This document shows, piece after piece, positions 1 to 9,584 of a stretch of 64,000 nt of DNA. The notes under the pieces are model-generated. The model was not told the origin of the DNA. It saw only the letters and a list, made by a program, of their open reading frames with translations, and ran no database searches. The position numbers and the translations under genes are program-made. The DNA is from Candidatus Bathyarchaeota archaeon (GTDB lineage: Archaea; Thermoproteota; Bathyarchaeia; Bathyarchaeales; Bathycorpusculaceae). The stretch lies in assembly GCA_963826715.1 (NCBI GenBank), contig CAWGYA010000008.1, forward strand, positions 928,001 through 992,000. The letters run 5' to 3'. Each line of letters begins with the position of its first letter. Positions within the stretch are counted from its first letter, which is position 1.

Positions 1-404
1 CTTCTAAACTTAATCAAAATAAGGTCAAAATGGTTTGGGGTAAAGATTTCTTGCCTCAAATGAGTTTGACAGGTCTTGTTTAAACCCCGGTCCCAATTTG
101 AACACTGATAGACTTGGTTCCAATCATCAGAATATAATGAAGTTTGTAAGTTTACCCTTTTTTAGTTTTTATATCTCGCAAAATTGACACTTTCAAATAA
201 ATTATAGACAAAGGCAGAGTATGAATTAACAATAACAATAAATGAATCAATTCTCCAATCGAAATCAAGGTTGAAATTATCTTAAAGACCAATTAACTGA
301 TATTAATTTTCGTTAGTGTCTGATTTAATTAATAACCGCTAAGTCTTTATAATAAGTTAGATAATTAACACCACGTATTGAGGTACGGTTCGGGTTTGCT
401 GGAG

Positions 405-1030
405 ATGGCAGAGAAAAAAGTTCTGAAACATGGTATACTCATAGCTATCGAAGGCATAGACGGCGCTGGAAAAACTACCCAATCCCATATGCTAACAGAA
501 AAACTTAATGAAGAGGGGTATTCTGCTATTTTTTCTCCATGAACCGACCAATGGTCAATGGGGACAAAAGATTCAAAGAATTAGCAAAGAATGAGCGACA
601 CTGAATACCTGCAGAGGAAGAATTAGATCTCTTCTACAAAGACCGCATTGAAGACGTCGAAAAAAATATAAACCCTAACATTAAGGAGAAAAAAAATTAT
701 AGTAATAGATATAGGTACTATTATTCAAACATAACATATCAAGGCATAAGAGGGGTAAACCCAGAATAAGTTGAAAGGATAAATGAAAAAATAGCTCCAA
801 AAACCGCACCTTGTTTTAATTCTTGACATTCCTCCTCAAGAATCATCAAGACGGATCGTTGCTTCTAGAAAGGACGGGCCAAACCATTTTGAGCGAACCG
901 ACTATTTAGAAAAAGTTCGTAACTTGTTACTGTACAGCATTTTCGTGACAGAGATAATGTCAAAATCATAAATGGTGATTCGGCAACCATTCTGCACAAG
1001 AAGTTTTTGATTCTTTGTGGTTCTTGGTAA
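405..1030 (+). pseudogene. tmk: Thymidylate kinase, disrupted by several frameshifts and stops (end approximate)
   Basis: Manual translation: MAEKKVLKHGILIAIEGIDGAGKTTQ (P-loop), then in shifted frames HEPTNG, RYYYSNITYQG, PHLVLILDIP and NHFERTDYLEKVR. Not in the ORF track. Confidence 0.85.
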
Positions 1031-1327
1031 AACCAATAGTGCATGAGGCTGAGGAAACTTAGCGGTGGGCAAGGAAGAACTTGAAAGGCAAATCGCAAAA
1101 GCAGCAGAATCTCAAAGTTCAGGTTCATTGGAGATTAAAAGATTGAAAGAAATTATATGCTTAAATTCCTTTGCACCAAAGGTAAAGATAAATGCGAACC
1201 AGTTTATTGCACCTTTCAAATAACAAATACATGCCCTTTTCTTAGACAAATGGCGTTTTCTCGCAAAGAAATATTCTTTTCATGGATAATTTCAAATGTC
1301 AATAGGTCAATTTCACGGTAACATTTC

Positions 1328-2159
1328 TTAACTCGCTTCAGAGAATTTTATTCCGTACTCCCAAATTAGATTGGCCATATACTTTCCAGATTATATTAGA
1401 TTAATTTTGTTTAATGAACCTATTTTCTCTATAGTTATGTAACCATTTTTGTATCGAGTTTATATAGAATGGACTTGTTTAGATTAATTCAGTTCTTTTG
1501 CTGTATTCTTCGCCTCTCCTCTTTTGATCCAACTGTTTTTTCATCCTGGAAAAGCTCAATTTTTTTGGAAATAAGCAGACGTCAAAATTTACATCAGTAT
1601 TCATTGGTTTGCCTTTAAGAGGAAATGTTTGTTAAGACAATCTTTCCTGGTTCATAAGGGTAGTTTGATTTGAAAGTTCTCAAGCAACATTCCGTCAGGT
1701 TCAACGCAAATACTTATGCCATGTTGTTGTCTTTCTTCGTCATTTCGCGAATATCGATTTGCCCCGACATAGTAGACTTTTTGCGTTATGTGCCATTGCT
1801 GCGAGAGTGGCTACGACTGAAGCCAATCGTTCACCTGCAGACATGTTAACATATGCCAAGACTTATTTGGATTTTTCTTTCAATACCTAGACTAGAAAGG
1901 CTTATTCATTAGCTGTTTAATATCAAATAGGTTGACTTCTTGGACAATGACTTCTATTTTCTTCATTGTCAATTTCTTTTGACTTCGTTTAAGCAACGGA
2001 CTTGCTCCATATTCTCTGCTTTGAAATTTAGGTTCGGAGGTGGCAATCTACTAAGTAAACACGATTAGCGGAGAATTTTTCAAACATTATGACAGCTCTG
2101 TCAATTTCAAAACCCAATAGAATTATATGTACATGCTCTTCAAATTTCAAAACTTTCAT
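1328..2159 (-). pseudogene. DUF6293/HFX_2341-family regulator (CARF/Csa3-like N-domain plus C-terminal wHTH), frameshifted
   Basis: Fragments across frames: MKVLKFEEHVHIILLGFEIDRAV, SANRVYLV, AYVNMSAGERLASVVATLAAMAHNAK, VYYVGANRYS, and wHTH-like NGYITIEKIGSLNKINLI*SGKYMA. Confidence 0.75.
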
Positions 2160-2165
2160 CAACGT

Positions 2166-2188
2166 TTAAACATCTTAACCATGTTTAA
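2166..2188. promoter_or_regulatory. Candidate operator (8-bp inverted repeat) in the divergent promoter region
   Basis: TTAAACAT-N7-ATGTTTAA just upstream of the DUF6293 start. A TATA-like CTTATAAA lies near 2234-2241. Confidence 0.45.
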
Positions 2189-2260
2189 TGATAATTAAAC
2201 TTATTTAGTTAAACAACATTTTCTATCTTCAACCTTATAAAGACTTTGGAAGTTAGAAAA

Positions 2261-2684
2261 ATGTGCCCGAAAAACATCGAGGTTGAATTGACCGACCGCG
2301 CAGTAAATCGTGTGAGGGAATGTGGTTGCGACCCACTTGAAATAATTCACTACCTTTATTCTGGTGAGATTGCAAGTTTCTGAGAACTTTCAAGGGTTTG
2401 AAATTTTAGTACCATTCAAAGGAAGATTAACTGGCACATTTGATAAAGGCATATTTGTTGCCGAATCCTTTTTGTCGCTTATCCATCGTGGCAAGTATTA
2501 CAGTTATCATAGTGAATTTTCGAGAAACCAGTTTTTTGTAATAGTCTCTCTTGTTAGAAGAAGTGGATTAAGAAGAATTGTGGTTTCTTGTACTCGTAAA
2601 GTAGAAATATCATTGTCTGAGTTCGGTTTGACGGAATCTGGGAAACCTTCCATTATCCCAATAAGTAGGTACACCGGGGAGTGA
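2261..2684 (+). pseudogene. Hypothetical protein, probably frameshifted near 2375
   Basis: ATG at 2261 about 25 nt after a TATA-like box gives MCPKNIEVELTDRAVNRVRECGCDPLEIIHYL..., which stops at about 2383. The ORF 2364-2684 continues in another frame. Confidence 0.4.
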
Positions 2685-3067
2685 CAATTTTGAACTTAGG
2701 TATCATTTTCACAAAACGCAACTTCTTATTGATTGGTCTCTTAATCACGATAATAAGGGCTGCTGCCGCCTATATTAATTGGCCTGGTTTTTTATCTAAA
2801 ATTAATCCAGACGAAAAGATAGATTTGGCTAATGTCACTTATCCACAAGCCGCATATAGAAGCCAGAATTTGCCAATCTCGATTAACATTATGAATAATG
2901 GCAATTTCGGAAAAGATGTTATGGTCGAAGTTCTTTCATCAAATAGTGATAGAATTATCAATAATACTGGTATTTCTAGTGGGGGGAGCGCAAATCTTTT
3001 GGTTAATTTACCAGTTAAGAGTTGCGGTAACCAGTCTTTCAAAGTCAATGTCTATTGGAAGGCGTAG
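2681..3067 (+). CDS. Membrane-anchored hypothetical protein with a CARDB/Ig-like beta segment, probably truncated
   Basis: N-terminal hydrophobic helix, then an Asn-rich beta-type pattern (INIMNNGN...GISSGGSANLLVNLPV). Confidence 0.45.
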   Translation: MTILNLGIIFTKRNFLLIGLLITIIRAAAAYINWPGFLSKINPDEKIDLANVTYPQAAYRSQNLPISINIMNNGNFGKDVMVEVLSSNSDRIINNTGISSGGSANLLVNLPVKSCGNQSFKVNVYWKA

Positions 3068-3097
3068 GAGATATTGACCGATTTGGAAAGTGATCAT

Positions 3098-4012
3098 TTG
3101 CAAACCGCAACTCTGGAAGGAAACCGTTTTTTCATACCTATGGTGCCCCCTCAAATAAAACCTGAAACACTTTTGGCTGTATCGCTTCATACATCTTGGA
3201 TTGGAATTAACCTGTTCCAACTTAAACATTCAAGCTTTTATGAGAAAGCGAAAAGTAAAGGTGTCAGAGACGCCTTTGGAATCAATGATAAAATAAAAAT
3301 ATTCTTGACAACAATTAATGACGACAACTACCTTGTAAATTACTTCAATAAATCTAGTTGGTTTGAAGAATTAAAATCAGACTTGAATGGTTTTAGTGCG
3401 GACATGGTTATGGGACCTGATTGGTTTAGTTACAGAGAGGACTCACCAGAACTCAGAAATCGAAACATAAAAAAAGCAATTGATCTGAACTTAATGTTTA
3501 CATATCAAGAGAATATAATACCAACAATTCGAGGAAATTACTCCCAAGAAATTAAGCGTTTTATAAAACCTTTCAAAGAAATAGGAAAAAATTTGTTTGT
3601 TTTTACTGGCAGAGAATATCTAATTAATCTTGGTGATAGGAAGAGATCAGAATTTGAACTTCTTTCTCTCACATCCAATATCGTTAGAAATGAAAAAGTA
3701 AAATTAATTGTAACTGGCTGTAGCAGTCCAAGGCAACAAGAAAATTTACCTGATGTTTTTGGGTTTTCAGGTCTGGGATGGTTAATCAACGCTAAGAGAA
3801 GAATGTTAATTTCAGGCAAGACTTACCGATGGCTTTCATCACCTATATTTTCTTGCGCAGATCCGGATTGCTGCAATTCAATGAACAAATCTGAATTGGC
3901 GCAATCAAAAAATGACTCGATTCGTGCAATTCATAATTTGAAAGCAATTATTGCTAGACTGAACACGGCAAAACATATGCAACAATCTTGTTTGGGGGAT
4001 TTTGATGGGTAA
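3098..4012 (+). CDS. TGT-fold / DUF4417-like protein (putative nucleic-acid base-exchange or modification enzyme); ORF open from 3074
   Basis: MGPDWFSYREDSP..RNRN..IIPTIRG resembles the DUF4417 motif PDFSxYxDxP..N..VIPT. The C-terminal C-x4-CC...AIHNL resembles the TGT Zn site/HNL motif. AGTGAT SD-like sequence precedes TTG 3098. Confidence 0.5.
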   Translation: MQTATLEGNRFFIPMVPPQIKPETLLAVSLHTSWIGINLFQLKHSSFYEKAKSKGVRDAFGINDKIKIFLTTINDDNYLVNYFNKSSWFEELKSDLNGFSADMVMGPDWFSYREDSPELRNRNIKKAIDLNLMFTYQENIIPTIRGNYSQEIKRFIKPFKEIGKNLFVFTGREYLINLGDRKRSEFELLSLTSNIVRNEKVKLIVTGCSSPRQQENLPDVFGFSGLGWLINAKRRMLISGKTYRWLSSPIFSCADPDCCNSMNKSELAQSKNDSIRAIHNLKAIIARLNTAKHMQQSCLGDFDG

Positions 4013-4532
4013 CAAAAGCCGCTCAAAACATTATAATCATAAATCTGGTTATGGTGCTCAAGGAACATTTGCCCAAGTGCAATTTCCTCACATGATGCCT
4101 AGATTAAGTCGAACCGATGTTGACTTATTGCTCCCAGTTTTAAAAGAGGTTGGTAAAGTTATTTGCCCACCTGCAGCCATTCCAATAGAAATTTTATACC
4201 AGCTTTATACACATTCAGATGTGATAACAGAAGTAGGTTCTGCAATTAATAGAGGCGATTACAAGGGGGCAGTTATTGCTGCAGGATACCAAATAGTAAA
4301 AGATGTGGTTGGCACAACATTAAGTTCTAGTGCAAATCAATCAGTCGAAAAAGTTGCTTCAAGCGCAGGTGAGATAACTGGCAATGCATTTAAGGATGAA
4401 CAATCGAAAGAGCTTGCGAAAAAAGTTACTGAAGCCTCCGTAAAAGGAGGTGTAGAAGGGATTCAAGACAAAATAATAGATAAAACAATTGATTCCATAA
4501 AGGGATCGATAGAAGGTGAAAGAAGTGAGTAA
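4002..4532 (+). CDS. Hypothetical helical Gly/Ala-rich protein
   Basis: Intact 176-aa ORF overlapping the upstream stop (translational coupling). Confidence 0.65.
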   Translation: MMGNKSRSKHYNHKSGYGAQGTFAQVQFPHMMPRLSRTDVDLLLPVLKEVGKVICPPAAIPIEILYQLYTHSDVITEVGSAINRGDYKGAVIAAGYQIVKDVVGTTLSSSANQSVEKVASSAGEITGNAFKDEQSKELAKKVTEASVKGGVEGIQDKIIDKTIDSIKGSIEGERSE

Positions 4533-4812
4533 TCAAGCTAAGATTAAACTTATCAAGGATACTGTGATTAAGTCGATTTTATCACAAACTTCCGATAACC
4601 TTGCGAAAAACAGTGTAAGCGAGCAGAAAACTCAGGCTTTATTACGAATAACTGAACTGAAACTTGAGAGAATATTAGACAATTTTGACCAAGCTGACAT
4701 TCTACCTAAAAAGTTCTTATCTCAAGAAGAATTTGAAAGTCATTTACTTACTCTAATTGACTTATCCAAAGAAAGGTTAGTTGAAGACGTAAACCTCGAT
4801 AAGAAACATTAG
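4525..4812 (+). CDS. Hypothetical small helical protein
   Basis: Intact ORF (4516 or 4525 start, AGGTGA SD before GTG 4525) overlapping the previous gene. Confidence 0.6.
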   Translation: MSNQAKIKLIKDTVIKSILSQTSDNLAKNSVSEQKTQALLRITELKLERILDNFDQADILPKKFLSQEEFESHLLTLIDLSKERLVEDVNLDKKH

Positions 4813-5066
4813 CGGATATTGTTCTTGAGATTTGGAGAAAAGATGTTGAAAAAATTAATAGTTTCTTTTAAATAATCTTTGAACGTCAATTGAAAATATT
4901 GAATCATCAAAAAAGTTGCGCTTTTTTTAGTTATCATATTTTCTATGGCCTTCAGAACATAAGTAAAAGGAGTAGTGAGGTTTGTTTAAAAATTTGTTTT
5001 ACTTGTGCAAACAGTTTAAGAAAAGGACTTTCGGTATTGCTTATTTTTACACCAGACGTGTTGTAG

Positions 5067-5186
5067 TCGTTTTGGTATTTCGCCAGAGTTGCACACTCAG
5101 AACAAGAAACTTGCCAATTAATAGAAGCCGGCTTTGAATTCGTATGCGATTTTGGTGTTAACAAGGTTTTCAGAAAACGCAAGTGA
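5067..5186 (+). pseudogene. C-terminal remnant of an archaeal tyrosine integrase
   Basis: YFARVAHSEQETCQLIEAGFEFVCDFGVNKVFRKRK* matches the C-terminal tail (LIEAGFEYVC...FRKRK) typical of Bathyarchaeia/Nitrososphaeria integrases. In-frame stop at 5064; catalytic domain absent. Confidence 0.75.
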
Positions 5187-5233
5187 AATTTGGTGTAGAA
5201 AGTAAACCAAAAAAAATGGAAGGGGATTATTCG

Positions 5234-5257
5234 TAGCGGGCGGGAAGGGATTTGAAC
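5234..5257 (-). other. tRNA 3'-end fragment (att-like; T-loop, T-stem 3' strand, acceptor strand, G73; Arg/Lys-like)
   Basis: Minus strand GTTCAAAT-CCCTT-CCCGCCC-G-CTA. No matching 5' half (GGGCGGG...) nearby. Confidence 0.7.
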
Positions 5258-5259
5258 AA

Positions 5260-5288
5260 AGGACAGCGTGCCCTCAGGCATCTGTCCT
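5260..5288. repeat. GC-rich hairpin abutting the tRNA fragment
   Basis: AGGACAG-cg-TGCC-ctca-GGCA-t-CTGTCCT. Confidence 0.6.
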
Positions 5289-5402
5289 AATCCATCATTG
5301 GTAAATGAAGGATAGCGCTTTTCAAAGGATTGGAGATTATTCTGTATGTGGTTGATTGAGGCGTTATTCCGGAGCCAATTGGACCTAAAATATATTCGTT
5401 AG

Positions 5403-6367
5403 TTACCCAATTTCCACAGTTGTACCTCGATAAGCCATTGTGACCTTTTGAAACAGTTTTACAATGTCTAATGAGCAGAAAAGCGCTTTTGTTAGGTACT
5501 CGTGCTGGTAAATCATCATCTGCGCCTTCACGGGCAAATCGATCTGTGGTGGCTCAAAGAATCGGGCAACTGAATCTACTGGTTCCCCTTCAAGTTGGAT
5601 ATCTTCTTCGCGCAGCCCCGTCTTTTTAGCAATATAGGAAAGGTATGTGCCCTTCCAATCAAGCATCATAACTTCGCAGAGATTATGTCTATAGCTAAGG
5701 CATCGTTGCCCGTTAGAATAAGCCCCATGTTTACTGGTTTGCCCTTGGTTGGTCCGTTGCCCTCTATTCCCGTGCGCGCATCCATAATGGTTAGATTGGG
5801 CTTAAAAAGTGTGTAGAGGAGATAGAACACCTCGGGCAGATATGGGTGCAGATAGATTCGGCGGTTGCTGGGGATACAACCGAATAGGTTCTTAATCGCG
5901 CCGCTGTAAGCCATAAACTCATGCGTTTTCATCAATGGTAAATCAACGACAGCGTCAGCGTCAAGGATGGTTTTGGGCAGAAACAGACGCTTCACCGATG
6001 TGCCATTGTGGAATTTGACTTCGACGATTTTGTCCTCGCTGAGGTTAATGGCAGTTCCACCCGCTGCCTCTACCGCTTCCTTCATGCCTGTCTTGTCAAA
6101 TGCATCCCAGCAAGGATAGTTGATGCCGTTGGATTCGCCCACTACCACTTCGCTGTTGCCATCGCGGAGCAAACCGACGAGTTCCCTCATCAGAGCTGGG
6201 CTAGTGACAACACCGGGCAAGTATTTAGGGTGGCTGAGGTTGGGTTTTATGTAGATACATTTTTTGCCTCGGAGTCCTGAATTAGCGACGGCTTCTTTGA
6301 GGATGCTGCTTATGTCCTTTGATGAACGGAAGATTTTTACGGTTTTCTGCTCAGGTATCATTTCCAT
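5403..6367 (-). CDS. DUF362 Fe-S protein, split by a 1-nt frameshift near 5670 (sequencing error or pseudogene)
   Basis: Motifs YIKPN, VGES, LPLMKTH, SGAIKNLFGCIP and EGNGP. ORFs 5666-6367 and 5403-5669 join as ...IDIISAK/MMLDW. Confidence 0.8.
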
Positions 6368-7778
6368 TTTTCACTCCCATTAAGCAACCGGGGTCACCGT
6401 TGAGCATGTCTCCGTTGTGGTAAGCTGCAGAGCGGGCTCGGCACCCGCCGCAAATGAACTTGTATTGGCATTTGCCGCAGGAGCCTTTGAGATTGGCTCT
6501 GTTGCGGAATTTGTTGAACAGAGGTGCGTTTAGCCAAACGTCCTGGAACTTCTGTGTTTTCAGGTTCCCAACGTTTACCGGCAAAAATACGCAGGGGCGC
6601 AGGTCGCCTTGTGGAGAAATTGAGCAGTAGAGCCTCCCAGCGCCGCATCCGCCGATGAAGTCACCCAGCGGGACAGCCTTCTTCGTGACCTTGACGGTTT
6701 GCATGTGCGCCAGTGCCATCGTGACTTCGCCTGTACCAGAGTCTCCTTGGCACTGAAGGGCGACACGTGCCAGCTGGGGCGCGGTGGCAAGTATGGTGGT
6801 TTTGCATCCCGCTGACATACGGCTAAGCAGATAGTGCATAACATCTTCTCGTTCTTGAGGAGAGAGATCTTGGTCAAAATGCGCTTTGCCTCTGCCCGTT
6901 GGAATAAAGTTGAAGTAGGTGAAGCGTTCCGCATGTATCTCTTCTGCTAAATCGATAATGGCTGGTAACTCTCCAAAGTTGTTTTTACCAACCGTCGTTG
7001 CAATACACACGCACAAGTCAGCTTCGACGCAGTTTTTTAGACCTGCCACTGCCTTGTCAAAGGTACCGGGGACGCCACGAAAGTCGTCGTGTGTTTTGGC
7101 TGAAGCGCCGTCTATGCTTACATCGATGTAGTTGACTCTTGCTTCTTTGATTTTTCGCACGTTTTCTTTTGTGAGTAGCGTGCCATTAGATGCAAGTGAA
7201 ACGTAGAGTCCACGATCAGCGGCATGTCGCGCGACTTGGAAGAAGTCTTTTCGAGTTAAGGGTTCTCCGCCGCTGAATGCCAGAGCAGTTACCTGAGCAT
7301 CTGCCAATTGGTCAACAACAGCGAGGGCTTCCTCTGTGGTCAACTCCTCCTTTTCAACATTGCCGCTATTACTATAGCAATGCTTGCATTGCAGATTGCA
7401 TTTATGAGTAAAATCCCAAACCACCAGGAACGGTGCAGTAAGTGACATAGGTTTTCTAATGCCAAAATGGGCAAACGACTCAACCAAGTTAAGAACTGCG
7501 TTCCGCGCATAGGGGTCAGTTAGGAGCTTCTCGACTTTTGCCCGTTTAAAACCTAATGCTCTGCGCAGAAATTCTATCCAAAACGCAATAATCTGCGAAT
7601 AGAGGTTGTTGCATTTTCTGCATTTCTTATCAGGGTTGCCCCCATAATCATCCAGCGCCGCCTCCAGAACAGTTCTGCTGCAGGCAGGGCATTTTTTGAG
7701 TGATAGCTGGAGCATCCGCTTGGTCATGGGCATGGAGACGATGGCGTTCCAGAACGTGTCATGGCTTAGGATACTCAT
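6351..7778 (-). CDS. Radical SAM/SPASM protein with N-terminal CxxC...CxxC; candidate GMGT synthase (Gms)-family
   Basis: APFLVVWDFTHKCNLQCKHCY, SGGEP, FNFIPTGRG, TAPQLARV, FIGGCGAGRLY and SPASM CxxCxxxxxCxxC. The rSAM/SPASM call is firm; the Gms assignment is from recall of the family. Confidence 0.8.
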   Translation of the reverse strand: MSILSHDTFWNAIVSMPMTKRMLQLSLKKCPACSRTVLEAALDDYGGNPDKKCRKCNNLYSQIIAFWIEFLRRALGFKRAKVEKLLTDPYARNAVLNLVESFAHFGIRKPMSLTAPFLVVWDFTHKCNLQCKHCYSNSGNVEKEELTTEEALAVVDQLADAQVTALAFSGGEPLTRKDFFQVARHAADRGLYVSLASNGTLLTKENVRKIKEARVNYIDVSIDGASAKTHDDFRGVPGTFDKAVAGLKNCVEADLCVCIATTVGKNNFGELPAIIDLAEEIHAERFTYFNFIPTGRGKAHFDQDLSPQEREDVMHYLLSRMSAGCKTTILATAPQLARVALQCQGDSGTGEVTMALAHMQTVKVTKKAVPLGDFIGGCGAGRLYCSISPQGDLRPCVFLPVNVGNLKTQKFQDVWLNAPLFNKFRNRANLKGSCGKCQYKFICGGCRARSAAYHNGDMLNGDPGCLMGVKNGNDT

Positions 7779-8083
7779 GGTGTGCTCCGAATTTAGTTTG
7801 AATGTTAATTGGGCACTTAAGGGTGCTTAAAGATTTCTCTAAAAACGCTTAGTAGTAAAATTCATGAATATTGCTAAAGAAAAATCACTTCGCCAATTGA
7901 AGCGCAAAATAAACCGCTAAATCTACAAAGTTGCAGGTATGTAACCCTCAAAGTCTAATTACACAACTTAGAGTAACTTCTATCACCACTAAACAATCAC
8001 AAAGACCCGAAATCTCCTGTGATACAATTGCCCACTGTATAATTAAGGAGGGTTAGAGAAATTCGAACGTAAGAGCGCAAAGT

Positions 8084-8719
8084 TTAGGGCTCGTTTTTTT
8101 GCATAATATGCTTGGCTATCTCCAAGTCCTCCATGGTGTTCACGTTGAGAACAACTTCGCTTTCCTCAGTGATTAATGCAGCCGTTTCCACTTTGCCTTC
8201 GCCCAGAACCTTTGCTCCGTTTATGACGTTGATGCCTGAAACTGCGTACCACACACCTCGATACTCGTCGGTACTGGAAATCGACAATCCCAAGCTTAGT
8301 CGCTTCTTGATGGGCACAAATACTGCTAGAAAGTCTTTGCCGCAAACCTCAAACTCACCCACAATCCTATCCAAAACCGCGCCGGTAATCCCGGGAACGT
8401 CAGAAGGCATCGTTAGTACTGGACCCATCCAACCCAGTTTAGACACAGCCTGTTTTAAATCATCATGGTAACCTTTCGCATCAGTATGAATGAATTTCCA
8501 GCCCATGTTGCGGCAGTGGTTTTCAGTTTTAGGCGTATTTGTGCTTGTTATGATGTAGAACTCGGAAACCTTATTGGAAGACAAAACGGCCTCAGCTACC
8601 CAATCCAGTAGTGGTTTACCCAAAAACGGCAACATCGGTTTCTCTGTACGCGCCCCCATTCTGCTGCCTTTACCACCAGCCATAATCAAAGCAGGAACTA
8701 TCAAATTGCCCATCCCCAA
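8084..8719 (-). CDS. cobY: CobY-like NTP transferase (adenosylcobinamide-phosphate guanylyltransferase), copy A
   Basis: MAGGKGSRM..EKPML, TPKT, GYHDDL, GINVI, NVNTxEDL; directly downstream of a cobS-like gene. Confidence 0.75.
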   Translation of the reverse strand: MGMGNLIVPALIMAGGKGSRMGARTEKPMLPFLGKPLLDWVAEAVLSSNKVSEFYIITSTNTPKTENHCRNMGWKFIHTDAKGYHDDLKQAVSKLGWMGPVLTMPSDVPGITGAVLDRIVGEFEVCGKDFLAVFVPIKKRLSLGLSISSTDEYRGVWYAVSGINVINGAKVLGEGKVETAALITEESEVVLNVNTMEDLEIAKHIMQKNEP

Positions 8720-9534
8720 AGCACCAAAGCAAACAGAACCAGCGTCACCATCCTCGCTACCTCATTGGTGGCTCCAATCATGTCACCTGAAACTCCGCCG
8801 AATACAACGTTGGAAACTTTATTCATCACCAACGCCACTGGAAAGCTAACAAACACCAAGCAAACCGCAAAAAAACCCAAAATCGTGTTTCCTGTTATAT
8901 AAAACATAAAAAACGCAATTATGACCGAAAATATGTATGCGGCTGTGTTGAGGGGTTTTTTGGCTTTTGCAAGAAAAATCGAGCCTAAACCCTTATGTGA
9001 AGGTTTTCCAACCCAGACAATCGTCACCATAGAGAGCTTCGCGGTAACTTCAGCCAAAATAATAGCTGCAAACCCAAACGTTGGATTAACCAAACACAAA
9101 CCCACAACAGCCAGCATCTCCACACCCATGGCCAAAACCGCGCCTGCATAGCTAACTGTCCAAGCATGCGCCTTCATTTTACGGTCATGCACGTTGCGTA
9201 AGCCAATTGCGTTGCCGAGGTCAATTAAGCCATCAAAATGCTGCAAGCCCGTGAGCGCCAGAAGAAGCGCAATCGTCATAGCTGCTGGAATCGCTGATGC
9301 AAGAACCGTAGGTAAAGAAACATAGACATTGACTATGTTAAACAGAAAACCCACGATTGCACTTGATAACACAAAATATAAACCGCCAAGCAATCCGATG
9401 AAACCCCCAATTAACGGAAAAAGCCACATATTCTCAGCAGTTGTAAAAATAAAATCCTCTTTTCCTCCAACTGGGATAATGGTTAGGAAAGACAGCAAAT
9501 CCCTAAAAGTTTTTATAGCTTTCATCGGCGACAT
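8701..9534 (-). CDS. cobS: CobS-like membrane protein, diverged copy A
   Basis: FLTIIP, FPLIG, TGLQHFDGLID and FGGVSGDMIGATNE. Two conserved Asp positions are altered. Confidence 0.8.
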   Translation of the reverse strand: MSPMKAIKTFRDLLSFLTIIPVGGKEDFIFTTAENMWLFPLIGGFIGLLGGLYFVLSSAIVGFLFNIVNVYVSLPTVLASAIPAAMTIALLLALTGLQHFDGLIDLGNAIGLRNVHDRKMKAHAWTVSYAGAVLAMGVEMLAVVGLCLVNPTFGFAAIILAEVTAKLSMVTIVWVGKPSHKGLGSIFLAKAKKPLNTAAYIFSVIIAFFMFYITGNTILGFFAVCLVFVSFPVALVMNKVSNVVFGGVSGDMIGATNEVARMVTLVLFALVLWGWAI

Positions 9535-9584
9535 ATACCTACAAACTTTGCCAAAAGAGAATATAGGCTTTGTCGTGACTCGGG

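Larger units (their letters stand above)
1..5257. mobile_element. Right end of a decaying integrated element or genomic island (left end outside the window)
   Basis: More AT-rich than the flanking core genes. Contains several pseudogenes and accessory ORFs, and ends in an integrase C-terminal remnant followed by a tRNA 3'-end fragment. Confidence 0.75.

Noticed and set aside
865-1128. ORF-track 87-aa minus-strand ORF
   Set aside because: It is antisense to the tmk pseudogene and has no recognisable motifs.
3065-3074. A single in-frame TAG joins ORF 2681-3067 to ORF 3074-4012 (possible pyrrolysine or readthrough)
   Set aside because: An in-frame junction has a one-in-three chance. The downstream gene has its own SD-like signal, fusing an exported Ig-like domain to a cytoplasmic enzyme is implausible, and no pyl genes are in view.
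5234-5340. Intact tRNA with a T-arm intron
   Set aside because: No acceptor 5' strand, D-arm or anticodon arm is found beyond the hairpin, so it is kept only as a fragment.
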